Positions 10,108 through 18,220 of a stretch of DNA of 64,000 nt are shown here, one piece after another. Position numbers and translations under genes: made by a program. Below the pieces are notes generated by a model. It had not been told where the DNA came from, searched no databases, and saw only the letters and a program-made list of their open reading frames with translations. The DNA comes from an uncultured Gammaproteobacteria bacterium (GTDB lineage Bacteria; Patescibacteriota; Patescibacteriia; Magasanikbacterales; GWA2-37-8): contig CAZINT010000001.1 in the NCBI GenBank assembly GCA_964540825.1, forward strand, positions 5,315 through 69,314, in the 5' to 3' direction. Every line of letters begins with the position of its first letter. Within the stretch, counting starts at the first letter, position 1.

Positions 10108-10560
10108 TTGTATATGACTGATAACTTTATAGGTGCTTTGCTCGTTGTAGGATTTCTAGCTCTTTGGATTATCACCTGGGTGAGCATTTCCTATCTCGCA
10201 GGCCGCGTGAGCGGTTGGCAGAAATTGGCCTTACTGTACCCGGACACTGCAAAAGAACAGGTTGGTGAAAAGAAGCGTTGGCTCTATATCAGGTTTGGAA
10301 GATCGCGTTACAATGGTGCGGTAGTCTTTGAGGCCTTGCCTATGGGCCTGCGTATTAAAACAATCTGGCCCTTTCGTTTTGGACAGCCGACAATGGTGAT
10401 TCCGTGGGCTGAAATAACTGAACCGGAAAAAATGAATACCACCGCTTGGGATTATATGTATACTCACCGGTTTACAATCCAGGGAGCCAAGCATCCCGTT
10501 AGCTGTTCAACCGAAAATGCTGAATGGTTATCGCGTAAGAAAAAAGAATTCGGATTTTAA
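10108..10560 (+). CDS. Hypothetical membrane protein
   Basis: It has an N-terminal hydrophobic helix, is 150 aa, and sits in operon context. Confidence 0.45.
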   Translation: MYMTDNFIGALLVVGFLALWIITWVSISYLAGRVSGWQKLALLYPDTAKEQVGEKKRWLYIRFGRSRYNGAVVFEALPMGLRIKTIWPFRFGQPTMVIPWAEITEPEKMNTTAWDYMYTHRFTIQGAKHPVSCSTENAEWLSRKKKEFGF

Positions 10561-10563
10561 GGT

Positions 10564-11232
10564 ATGAATCTTCAGGTCCTCTACGAAGATAATCATCTTA
10601 TTGCTGTGTACAAGCCAGCTGGTGTTTTGGTGCAGGCAGATGACTCACAGGATAGTACGCTCATGGATGAAGTAAAATATTATCTTAAAACAAAATACCA
10701 CAAGACGGGTAAAGTCTTTTTAGGTTTACTTCATCGGCTCGACCGCCCGGTATCCGGAGTGATTCTTTTTGCCAAAACAAGCAAGGGCGGGAGTAGATTG
10801 TCGGAACAATTTCGCAGCCATACGGTTAAAAAAGTATATAACGCAGTGGTTTTGGGTGAACCGAAAAGTAAACGCGGTGTACTGGTTAATTATTTGGTAA
10901 AAGACGAAAATAAAAACCGAACCACCGTATATGACAGGGAAGTGCCGGGGAGTCAGTATGCTGAACTCTCATATACAACATTAAAATCAAATAAAAAATA
11001 TTCACTTGTAGAGGTGGTGTTAAAAACCGGTCGCTCGCATCAAATTCGTTCACAGCTTGCACACATGGGCAATCCGATTGTTGGTGACCTTAAGTACGGC
11101 GCGCCAGAGCCATTGCCCGATAAATCTTTGGCGCTCTCGGCTGTTTCGTTAACTTTTGAACAGGCAACGGGGGAGGAAAGTATCACTGTCACAACTGATC
11201 GGCCTGAAGCATGGAAGACTTTTATAGAATAA
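10564..11232 (+). CDS. RluA-family pseudouridine synthase
   Basis: It has the HRLDRPVSGVILFAK catalytic-Asp motif. Confidence 0.8.
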   Translation: MNLQVLYEDNHLIAVYKPAGVLVQADDSQDSTLMDEVKYYLKTKYHKTGKVFLGLLHRLDRPVSGVILFAKTSKGGSRLSEQFRSHTVKKVYNAVVLGEPKSKRGVLVNYLVKDENKNRTTVYDREVPGSQYAELSYTTLKSNKKYSLVEVVLKTGRSHQIRSQLAHMGNPIVGDLKYGAPEPLPDKSLALSAVSLTFEQATGEESITVTTDRPEAWKTFIE

Positions 11233-11242
11233 TACCGTTCGT

Positions 11243-12376
11243 ATGAATGCGCTTAAATTTCACGAACAACTCAAAGGTAAAATTGAAATCAAGTCACGGG
11301 TACCGATTAACTCTTTGGAAGATTTAAGTCTGGCCTATACGCCTGGTGTTGCCGAGGCGTGCAATGCGATTGTTGAAAATCCGTCACGAGTGTATGATTT
11401 GACGCGTAAAAATAATATGGTGGCCGTAATTACTGATGGCAGTGCTGTTTTAGGGCTCGGGAATATTGGTCCCGAAGCGAGTTTGCCGGTAATGGAAGGG
11501 AAGTGTTTGCTCTACAAAGAGTTTGCCGATGTCGACGCGTTTCCAGTCGCGCTCAAAACACAAGATGTCGAAGAAATTATTAAGACTGTGCAGCTGATCA
11601 CGCCGATGTTTGGCGGTATTCACCTGGAGGATATCTCTGCGCCGCGTTGTTTCGAGATTGAAGATCGTCTTTCGGAGCTTTTGGATATTCCGGTATTTCA
11701 TGATGATCAGCATGGTACCGCAGTTGTGATTCTGGCTGGCCTCTATAACGCACTTAAAGTGGTTCACAAAGATTTGGGTGAAGTTGTGGTTGTAATTAAT
11801 GGGGTTGGTGCCGCGGGTGCTGCAACAGCTAAATTACTTCTCGCCGCCGGTGTTAAGCATCTGCGGCTGGTAGATTCAAAAGGACTTATTTACGAAGGCC
11901 GTGAGGGCTTAGATAAGCTCAAAACCGAATTCGCTGCCGTGAGCAATCAAGATCGTTTAAGCGGGGGGCTCGCAGAAGCTATGCAAGGTGCGGACGTGTT
12001 TATTGGTGTTAGTAAGCCAGGCATACTGACGAGCGAGATGGTTAGAACAATGAATAGAGATGGTATTGTGTTCGCAATGGCGAACCCTGTGCCAGAAATT
12101 TTACCGGATATCGCGAAGCTCGCCGGTGCGTCAGTAGTTGCGACCGGCCGCAGCGACTTTGCTAACCAGGTTAATAATTCACTTGGTTTTCCGGGTATTT
12201 TTCGCGGCCTTTTGGACGGCAAAATTAGAAAATTAACTATGGAGATGAAACTTGCCGCTGCTCAGGCACTCGCAAGCACTATCGAGGCGCCCGATTCAGA
12301 AAATATTTTGCCCAACCCGCTCGATAAAAGCGTAGCCAGCATCATTGCGGCAGCAATTATTAAGGTGGGTCGTTGA
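11243..12376 (+). CDS. NAD(P)-dependent malic enzyme (short MaeB-like form)
   Basis: It has the LSLAYTPGVAEAC and GLGNIGPEA motifs of malic enzymes and is 377 aa. Confidence 0.8.
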   Translation: MNALKFHEQLKGKIEIKSRVPINSLEDLSLAYTPGVAEACNAIVENPSRVYDLTRKNNMVAVITDGSAVLGLGNIGPEASLPVMEGKCLLYKEFADVDAFPVALKTQDVEEIIKTVQLITPMFGGIHLEDISAPRCFEIEDRLSELLDIPVFHDDQHGTAVVILAGLYNALKVVHKDLGEVVVVINGVGAAGAATAKLLLAAGVKHLRLVDSKGLIYEGREGLDKLKTEFAAVSNQDRLSGGLAEAMQGADVFIGVSKPGILTSEMVRTMNRDGIVFAMANPVPEILPDIAKLAGASVVATGRSDFANQVNNSLGFPGIFRGLLDGKIRKLTMEMKLAAAQALASTIEAPDSENILPNPLDKSVASIIAAAIIKVGR

Positions 12377-12423
12377 AATTGAACCGAATATGGGGTAGGG
12401 TACCTGACGCAAGCACCTATCCC

Positions 12424-13857
12424 ATGAAAGATCAAACTTTTTGTATTATCGACGTCGAAACGACCGGCATGAACCCCCAGCATGACCGGATTATTGAGAT
12501 AGGTATTTTACGGGTGGAACAGGGCAAAGTAGTAAAAACATATCAAACTGTACTTAATCCCGAGCAGCGAATTCCGGATGTCATTACTGCTATTACGGGT
12601 ATTACTTCCGAACAAGCAGAAGATGCACCAACGTTCGAGGAAGTCAAAGACAATATTTGGGATCTAATCGAAGGAAGTATTTTTGTGGCGCACAATGCGC
12701 GGTTTGATTATGGTTTCTTGCGAAGTGAATTTAGACGTACCGGTCGAATACTGAGCGTGCCAACGCTCTGCACTGTAAAATTGTCTCGGGCGCTTTACCC
12801 GGAGTATAAAGAGCATAATCTCGACGCAATTATTCAGCGGTTTAGTTTTGCGTGCGATCGGCGTCATCGGGCGTTTGACGATGCCAAAGTACTTTTCAAT
12901 TTTTTAGAAGCGGTACACTGTGCGTTTCCAAAAGCCGCACCCGAAAAAATAAAAACGATTTTAGGTAAACGTTCACTTCCACCGCAATTGAGTCCGGAAT
13001 TGTTAAACGGCTTGCCCGAGACGCCCGGCGTCTATGTCTTTTACGGACCGGAGGGGGAAGTATTATACGTTGGTAAAAGCGTCTATATCCGTTCTCGTGT
13101 TCAGAGTCATTTTACCAATAGTTTGTCGTCAGCTCAGGAAATGCGTTTGTTTAATCAGGTGGCGGATATTACGGCGCATGAAACCGCCGGAGAAATGGGC
13201 GCGCTTCTGCTCGAGTCACACCTGATTAAAGAATTGATGCCGCTCTACAATCGATTGCTCCGTAAAGTAAAAAAGCTGGTTATTGCCCGGCGGAGCATGT
13301 CTCAAGATGGCTTTTTTACCGTTGCTTATGAGCGTTCGTTTGTGGAAGTGCTGGAAGATTACGAATCAGTACTGGGTGTTTTTCGCTCAGTCCGTCAGGC
13401 CAAAGATGCTATCCAAGAAATCACTCGAGACGCTGAGCTTTGTCCGAAATTAACAGGTCTCGAAGATGGCGGGGGAGCTTGTTTTAAATACCAGCTCGGC
13501 AAATGCCACGGGGCATGTGCAGGAGTTGAAACGCCGGTACGCTACAACCACCGTTTTACGAGTGCCTTTAGTAAACGTACGATTCGTATCTGGCCGTATG
13601 CCGGAGCAGTTGTTCTTGAAGAACGCGGTGATGAACAAACCGGAGAACTCTTTTTTATCTACGATTGGCGGATCGTTGGCGCATATCATTTTGAAAATAA
13701 TGATGTAAGTGAATTTTTGCCAGTCAAAGATTATTTTGATTATGAAAGTTATAAGATTATGGTACAATTTTTGCTGAAACGCCAAAACAAAAAAGGGTTT
13801 AAAGTAATTCCTGTTCAGGAAATGAAAAAAACACTAGCACAATTTACCGCTGTTTAA
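12424..13857 (+). CDS. DnaQ-like 3'-5' exonuclease fused to a GIY-YIG nuclease domain
   Basis: It has the exonuclease motif I (IIDVETTG) and HNARFD, then a GIY-YIG core (GVYVFYG...LYVGKS). The likely start is the ATG at 12424; the ORF-track start at 12373 overlaps the upstream gene. Confidence 0.7.
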   Translation: MKDQTFCIIDVETTGMNPQHDRIIEIGILRVEQGKVVKTYQTVLNPEQRIPDVITAITGITSEQAEDAPTFEEVKDNIWDLIEGSIFVAHNARFDYGFLRSEFRRTGRILSVPTLCTVKLSRALYPEYKEHNLDAIIQRFSFACDRRHRAFDDAKVLFNFLEAVHCAFPKAAPEKIKTILGKRSLPPQLSPELLNGLPETPGVYVFYGPEGEVLYVGKSVYIRSRVQSHFTNSLSSAQEMRLFNQVADITAHETAGEMGALLLESHLIKELMPLYNRLLRKVKKLVIARRSMSQDGFFTVAYERSFVEVLEDYESVLGVFRSVRQAKDAIQEITRDAELCPKLTGLEDGGGACFKYQLGKCHGACAGVETPVRYNHRFTSAFSKRTIRIWPYAGAVVLEERGDEQTGELFFIYDWRIVGAYHFENNDVSEFLPVKDYFDYESYKIMVQFLLKRQNKKGFKVIPVQEMKKTLAQFTAV

Positions 13858-13862
13858 AGTAT

Positions 13863-15131
13863 ATGCTTGAAAAAATTGTTGACCTGCATGTTCATTCGAA
13901 GTATTCGCGGGCCTGTTCCAAGAGCCTAGAACTTCCGAATATTGCCAAAGCCTGTGCCGAGAAGGGGATAGATATTATCGCGACCGGGGACTTTACGTAT
14001 CCGCTATGGTTTAAGCATCTGGAAGAAGCGTTGGTTGAAGAAAATAAAGGTGTATATAAAGTTAAAGATTTGGAATACCCAGTTCGTTTTATCTTAGGAA
14101 CAGAAATTTCGTGTATCTACAAACACAAAGACGCTACTCGTCGTTTGCACCTCCTTATACTTGCTCCGAGCCTGGCAGCAGTAAAGCGGTTTAATGAAGC
14201 CTTAGAAGCCCGCGGGGTTAATCTAAAGGCCGACGGCCGGCCAATTATGGGGATTCACGCCAAGGAAATAGTTCGAATTGCCCTCGAAATTGACCCTGGG
14301 TTCATGATTATTCCGGCGCATGCCTGGACACCGTGGTTTGCTGTGTTTGGTTCAAAATCTGGCTACGACACGCTTGAAGACTGTTTTGAAGAAATGACGC
14401 CACATATTCGAGCGATTGAAACCGGGCTTTCAAGCGATCCAACAATGAATCATCGCCTGAGCAGGCTCGACGGTATTACGCTTATATCTAATTCTGACGC
14501 ACATAGTCTTGAAAATCTTGCTCGCGAAGCTAATGTGCTGGGCTTTGAAAGTGAAAAGGAAATTACGTATGAAGAAATTACGCGCATCATTAAAGAAGGG
14601 GATAGGAAGAAATTTTTGTATACCATTGAGTTTTATCCCGAAGAAGGAAAGTATCACATGGACGGGCATGCGGATTGCGGCGTGTGTTTAAAACCGGAAG
14701 AGAGTAAGAAAGAAAAAAATATTTGTCCGGTTTGTAAAAAGCAGTTAACGATTGGGGTGCTGCACCGCGTTGACGATCTTGCAGATCGCGCTGAAGACAA
14801 AAATACCGAAAATAAATTTATTCCACATCGCTATAGTGTTCCACTTCGGGAGATTATCGGTCAGGTTTTGGATGTTGGTGTTGCAAGCAAACGAGTAAAG
14901 GCTGAATACGAATCAATGATCAGAAAAATTGGCAGTGAATTTTACATTTTGTTGCATGCTACCAGCGAAGAGCTTGAAAATAATATTTCTGATGCGAGGA
15001 TCGCTTCGGCGATCAAAAACATGCGGAGTGGTAAAGTAAAAGTGCATCCAGGGTATGACGGAATTTTTGGTACAGTTGATGTTTTAATTGACGCTAAAGC
15101 TGTACCTGCTCAATCGCGCTTGTTCGAGTAA
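13863..15131 (+). CDS. PHP-domain nuclease, endonuclease-Q-like
   Basis: It has a PHP N-terminus (DLHVHSKYSRA...GIDIIATGD) and a C-terminal CPVCKK zinc ribbon. The roughly 420 aa length fits the EndoQ family. Confidence 0.55.
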   Translation: MLEKIVDLHVHSKYSRACSKSLELPNIAKACAEKGIDIIATGDFTYPLWFKHLEEALVEENKGVYKVKDLEYPVRFILGTEISCIYKHKDATRRLHLLILAPSLAAVKRFNEALEARGVNLKADGRPIMGIHAKEIVRIALEIDPGFMIIPAHAWTPWFAVFGSKSGYDTLEDCFEEMTPHIRAIETGLSSDPTMNHRLSRLDGITLISNSDAHSLENLAREANVLGFESEKEITYEEITRIIKEGDRKKFLYTIEFYPEEGKYHMDGHADCGVCLKPEESKKEKNICPVCKKQLTIGVLHRVDDLADRAEDKNTENKFIPHRYSVPLREIIGQVLDVGVASKRVKAEYESMIRKIGSEFYILLHATSEELENNISDARIASAIKNMRSGKVKVHPGYDGIFGTVDVLIDAKAVPAQSRLFE

Positions 15132-15155
15132 GGCGTATAAAAAATGAGGTACAAA

Positions 15156-15183
15156 AAATCTTCCTTTGCAGGAAGATTTTTTA
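15156..15183. terminator. Bidirectional intrinsic terminator
   Basis: Hairpin tcttcc-tttgca-ggaaga flanked by an A-run on one side and a T-run on the other. It lies between two convergent genes. Confidence 0.5.
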
Positions 15184-15187
15184 GAAA

Positions 15188-15289
15188 CTATTTGCGTTTC
15201 TTAGCTGCGGTTTTCTTTTTTGCAACTTTCTTGGTTGCTTTCTTTTTTGGAGCTGCTTTTTTCTTAGCGGCTTTCTTTTTGGCTGCCAT
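15188..15289 (-). CDS. 33 aa Lys/Ala-rich basic protein (MAAKKKAAKKKAAPKKKATKKVAKKKTAAKKRK)
   Basis: Minus-strand ATG at 15289 with an AAAGGGGG SD 7 nt upstream and a TAG stop at 15188. The plus-strand FFLAAFF ORF is its antisense shadow. Confidence 0.45.
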   Translation of the reverse strand: MAAKKKAAKKKAAPKKKATKKVAKKKTAAKKRK

Positions 15290-15634
15290 AGTAGGTACCC
15301 CCTTTCTGTTCTCTTCTAAAGAAGAGAAGTTGAGATAGTTATTTTTTTCAAATTTCTCCTTGCGGAGGAAACTCGCGATCGCGAGAAAAAAATTTTTGGT
15401 GAAGAATTTTTACATTACAAGCATGGATGTAAAAATTTTTCTTTCGACCTATCATCATTATAGAGTGTTTTATAAAAAAAATAAATAGTTCAAGTAAGAG
15501 TTATGCACAGGTCGAGTAAAATTTAGAATAAAAAATTTAAAAATTAAAAATTTTGTAATCAGCATGCTACCTATCTTGACTTAAAAAATAAAGTATGATA
15601 TCTCCTCTTCAGAGGAAATAAAAAGGAGTTGGTC

Positions 15635-16288
15635 ATGTCTGCAAAACCAGTGTCGCCCGATGCCAAAAATTTTTTTGCCGCGCTGCGCACGCTCGGCATT
15701 ATTCTTGGTGTCGCTCCGCACCGCCTCAATCTGAAGGGCGGTGTCATCGTTGTGACGTGTGGCGACGGCGATCATTTTTTTGATGTTATCTGGCATCTGT
15801 TGACGGTCTATCTGCAAAGCCACTTGCCGTGGGCCTGTCGACTTCCGCTGAAGATTGGCTTTTTTCTTCCTTTTATAATTTGGTGGTTCTTATCGCCCCG
15901 CACGCACATGCTCGTTTTGAATGGGGGAGCGTGTCTCCTGTCGCCGTGCTGGCCGAAGCATGAAACGTTCGATATCGGCCGTGCTCTTGAAGAGCAGGTT
16001 CGTGTGGCGACCGACCTGAAGGATATCTGGCAGGTGATTCTGTATGCGCACGCACCATGCGGGGCTGCAGGAAGCATGCTGCCGAAGGAACAAGTCGCGC
16101 ACCTGATGGAAGCGAAGATGCGCATCAAGGGACTTGATCCTCGCTACAAGGTGGCCTGTTTTATGCATCTGTGTTTTGATGATGCAGCGTCCACCTGGCG
16201 GCGGATTCGACAAGTTCTTGGTTTGAAGCGTCGGACGTACTTCGTTTCTCGCGAGGCTTGGGAAAACCGGCGGTGCGAACTGCCGTAA
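15635..16288 (+). CDS. Hypothetical protein encoded in a GC-rich islet
   Basis: AAGGAG SD 6 nt upstream of the ATG at 15635. The block is clearly GC-richer than its flanks and many overlapping shadow ORFs run through it. No motif I recognise. Confidence 0.45.
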   Translation: MSAKPVSPDAKNFFAALRTLGIILGVAPHRLNLKGGVIVVTCGDGDHFFDVIWHLLTVYLQSHLPWACRLPLKIGFFLPFIIWWFLSPRTHMLVLNGGACLLSPCWPKHETFDIGRALEEQVRVATDLKDIWQVILYAHAPCGAAGSMLPKEQVAHLMEAKMRIKGLDPRYKVACFMHLCFDDAASTWRRIRQVLGLKRRTYFVSREAWENRRCELP

Positions 16289-16404
16289 TTGCCTGAGTCG
16301 CCCCTCTTCAATAATTCGATCCGCTCTGCGCTCTGCGTCGGGCGGATCTTCTGTTGTTAATTGATTTTGCCTGCTCTGTTTATAATTTAGAGTAAAATAA
16401 AAAC

Positions 16405-16435
16405 GAACCGACGAGATAGTCGGTTTGTTTTTTTT
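16405..16435 (+). terminator. Intrinsic terminator
   Basis: Stem aaccgac/gtcggtt followed by a T8 run, ending right at the tRNA-Arg 3' end. Confidence 0.45.
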
Positions 16436-16436
16436 G

Positions 16437-16508
16437 TGCCTTCGGCAGGAATCGAACCCACATATGCAGCTTCGAAGGCTGCCGTCCTATCCGTTGAACG
16501 ACGAAGGC
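16437..16508 (-). tRNA. tRNA-Arg (anticodon TCG)
   Basis: Hand-folded cloverleaf: 7 bp acceptor, 4 bp D-stem, 5 bp anticodon stem with loop CTTCGAA, and a T-arm with GTTCGAATC. CCA is not encoded. Confidence 0.8.
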
Positions 16509-16585
16509 TTAAATTAAAAACCCTAAATCCTACTGTCTAAATCCTAAACGCTGTTTGGGATTTTTATTCTCGGATTTAGGATTCT

Positions 16586-16607
16586 TCTGTGGGTCGGCTG
16601 GGGATCT
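16586..16607. repeat. 22 bp direct repeat copying the tRNA-Lys 3' end (att-like remnant)
   Basis: The 22-mer ttctgtgggtcggctggggatc recurs at 16753-16774. It covers the T-loop to the 3' end of tRNA-Lys plus 6 nt of trailer. The first copy does not fold into a tRNA. Confidence 0.6.
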
Positions 16608-16757
16608 CACGCGTCACTTTGTTCCTTCGCGGACACCTCGGGGTTTCCGCGTGCCTTCCTCGGCAGGTAGGAAAATGCTTTTCCTACCACCTTTGGTTCG
16701 ATTGCGTAACAAAATCTTCCTGCTAAACCCGTGCTTAATTTTAGTAATTTTCTTCTG

Positions 16758-16830
16758 TGGGTCGGCTGGGGATCGAACCCAGGACCTTATCCTTAAGAGG
16801 GATCTGCTCTACCAGCTGAGCTACCGACCC
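16758..16830 (-). tRNA. tRNA-Lys (anticodon CTT)
   Basis: Hand-folded: acceptor GGGTCGG/CCGACCC, T-arm CTGGG-TTCGATC-CCCAG, anticodon loop CTCTTAA. There is one G-A mismatch at the top of the anticodon stem. Confidence 0.8.
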
Positions 16831-16893
16831 GTTTTCTGGTAATGCTTGAAAAGCCTTACCAAGATAAACGATATTGAGATTTTTGTCCAGTCC

Positions 16894-17673
16894 CTAGAGT
16901 GGGCCGCCGGCTTCCCGCTTAATAATGTTAATTTTAGGCCCTTTCCATTTCTTTATTTTAATGGCGTTTTCCGCAGCGTCGGTCTGGGCTTCTTGCTTAC
17001 TGGTGCCGTTGCCCGAAGCAATCATTTCTTTGTCGAGGAATACACCGACTTTAAAGTTTTTAGCGTGGTCCGGTCCTTCTTCGTGGAGAACGCGGTAGGT
17101 TGGGGTAATACCAAGGAGTTCTTGGGCCGATTCTTGGAAGCGACTCTTGGCGTCCATGTAGAGACCTTGTTCGAGGACTTGTGGTAGGCGTGAAATAATC
17201 CAGCGGGTGATGAATTGGCGAGATATGTCGTAGCCTTGGTCGAGGTAAATAGCGCCAATGACTGCCTCGATCGTGTTAGCCATAATATATTCACGGGCTT
17301 TGGTGCCGCTGTCTTTGGCTTCGCCGTGGCTGAGGAAGAGGAAAGGCTCCATGCCGATTTCGTAAGCAATGCCGGCGAGAATTTTAGCATTCACGAGCGC
17401 TGCGCGCCAGTTGGTAAGTTCGCCTTCGGGATTGAGATATTCTTCAAATAAAAATTCGGTAACAATGAGTTCGAGTACCGCGTCACCAAGGAATTCGAGG
17501 CGTTCGTTGTGGCCCAGTGGAAAATCGTGGTGTTCGTTCAAGTATGAACGGTGTACGAAAGCCTGCACCAACAAATTAATATTTTTGAAGGTGATGCCAA
17601 TATGGTCTTCGAGTTTGGCAAAGCTTTTTTCTTGAACTTCTGGTAGTTCGGCGACCGAGGGGATGACGGGCAT
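16894..17673 (-). CDS. rnc: Ribonuclease III
   Basis: It has the ERLEFLGDAVLEL RNase III signature and a C-terminal dsRBD, and is 259 aa. Confidence 0.9.
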   Translation of the reverse strand: MPVIPSVAELPEVQEKSFAKLEDHIGITFKNINLLVQAFVHRSYLNEHHDFPLGHNERLEFLGDAVLELIVTEFLFEEYLNPEGELTNWRAALVNAKILAGIAYEIGMEPFLFLSHGEAKDSGTKAREYIMANTIEAVIGAIYLDQGYDISRQFITRWIISRLPQVLEQGLYMDAKSRFQESAQELLGITPTYRVLHEEGPDHAKNFKVGVFLDKEMIASGNGTSKQEAQTDAAENAIKIKKWKGPKINIIKREAGGPL

Positions 17674-17761
17674 ATATTCTGGGTATATACCGCATTTCGC
17701 ATAGCGCTAACTCATGAGAGTAAAGGGCGATAGGCGAGAGGCGATAAAATAAATAAAAATA

Positions 17762-18220
17762 TTAAACAGTAGGAGCGGGCGTTGCGGGAGTGGTGGCCGG
17801 GGTTTCTTTTTGCAGGTCATTATACATTGATCCGAGTACGCCGTTGATAAATTTGCCGCTCGAAGGACCGCCATAACTTTTGGCAATTTCAATCGCTTCA
17901 TTGATGGCGACTTTTGGTGGAACGTCGCTTGAAAATTTTAGTTCGTAAATACCGATGCGCAAAATATTGCGGTCAACGATCGTGATCTGACCAATCGGCC
18001 AGCTGGGGGCGTAGTGGGTGAGGATGGCGTCGATTTCCGCGCGGTGCTCAAGTACGCCGTCAACCAAAGTTTTGGCAAACGCTTGTTCTTCGAGGCCGGG
18101 ACCAAATTCGGTAAGGTTGTGGTCGACGATAGCTGGAAGGGCGGCAGTTGGTTCCCCGCGAAAATCCCATTCAAACAGAGATTGCATGGCGATAGAGCGG
18201 GCGAGATGACGATTGGACAT
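17762..18220 (-). CDS. nusB: Transcription antitermination factor NusB
   Basis: The N-terminus [14 protein letters not shown] is NusB-like. It sits upstream of rnc, which is a common arrangement. Confidence 0.75.
   Translation of the reverse strand: MSNRHLARSIAMQSLFEWDFRGEPTAALPAIVDHNLTEFGPGLEEQAFAKTLVDGVLEHRAEIDAILTHYAPSWPIGQITIVDRNILRIGIYELKFSSDVPPKVAINEAIEIAKSYGGPSSGKFINGVLGSMYNDLQKETPATTPATPAPTV

Noticed and set aside
15144-15338. + strand 64 aa ORF with an FFLAAFFLAA low-complexity sequence
   Set aside because: It is the antisense reading of the minus-strand Lys/Ala-rich gene (AAG/GCT repeats read as TTC/AGC). It has no SD, and the opposite strand has a strong SD and terminator.
16586-16680. 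Second tRNA gene (tRNA-Lys or Arg duplicate)
   Set aside because: Only the 3' 22 nt match tRNA-Lys. The upstream sequence cannot form a D-arm or anticodon arm. It is interpreted as an att-like fragment, not a tRNA.
16555-16842. + strand 95 aa ORF
   Set aside because: It spans the tRNA-Lys gene and the duplicated tRNA 3' fragment, so it is an artefact of the intergenic or tRNA sequence.
16846-17451. ORFs 16846-17187(+), 17022-17390(-) and 17215-17451(+) inside rnc
   Set aside because: They are antisense or out-of-frame overlaps of a well-supported RNase III gene.
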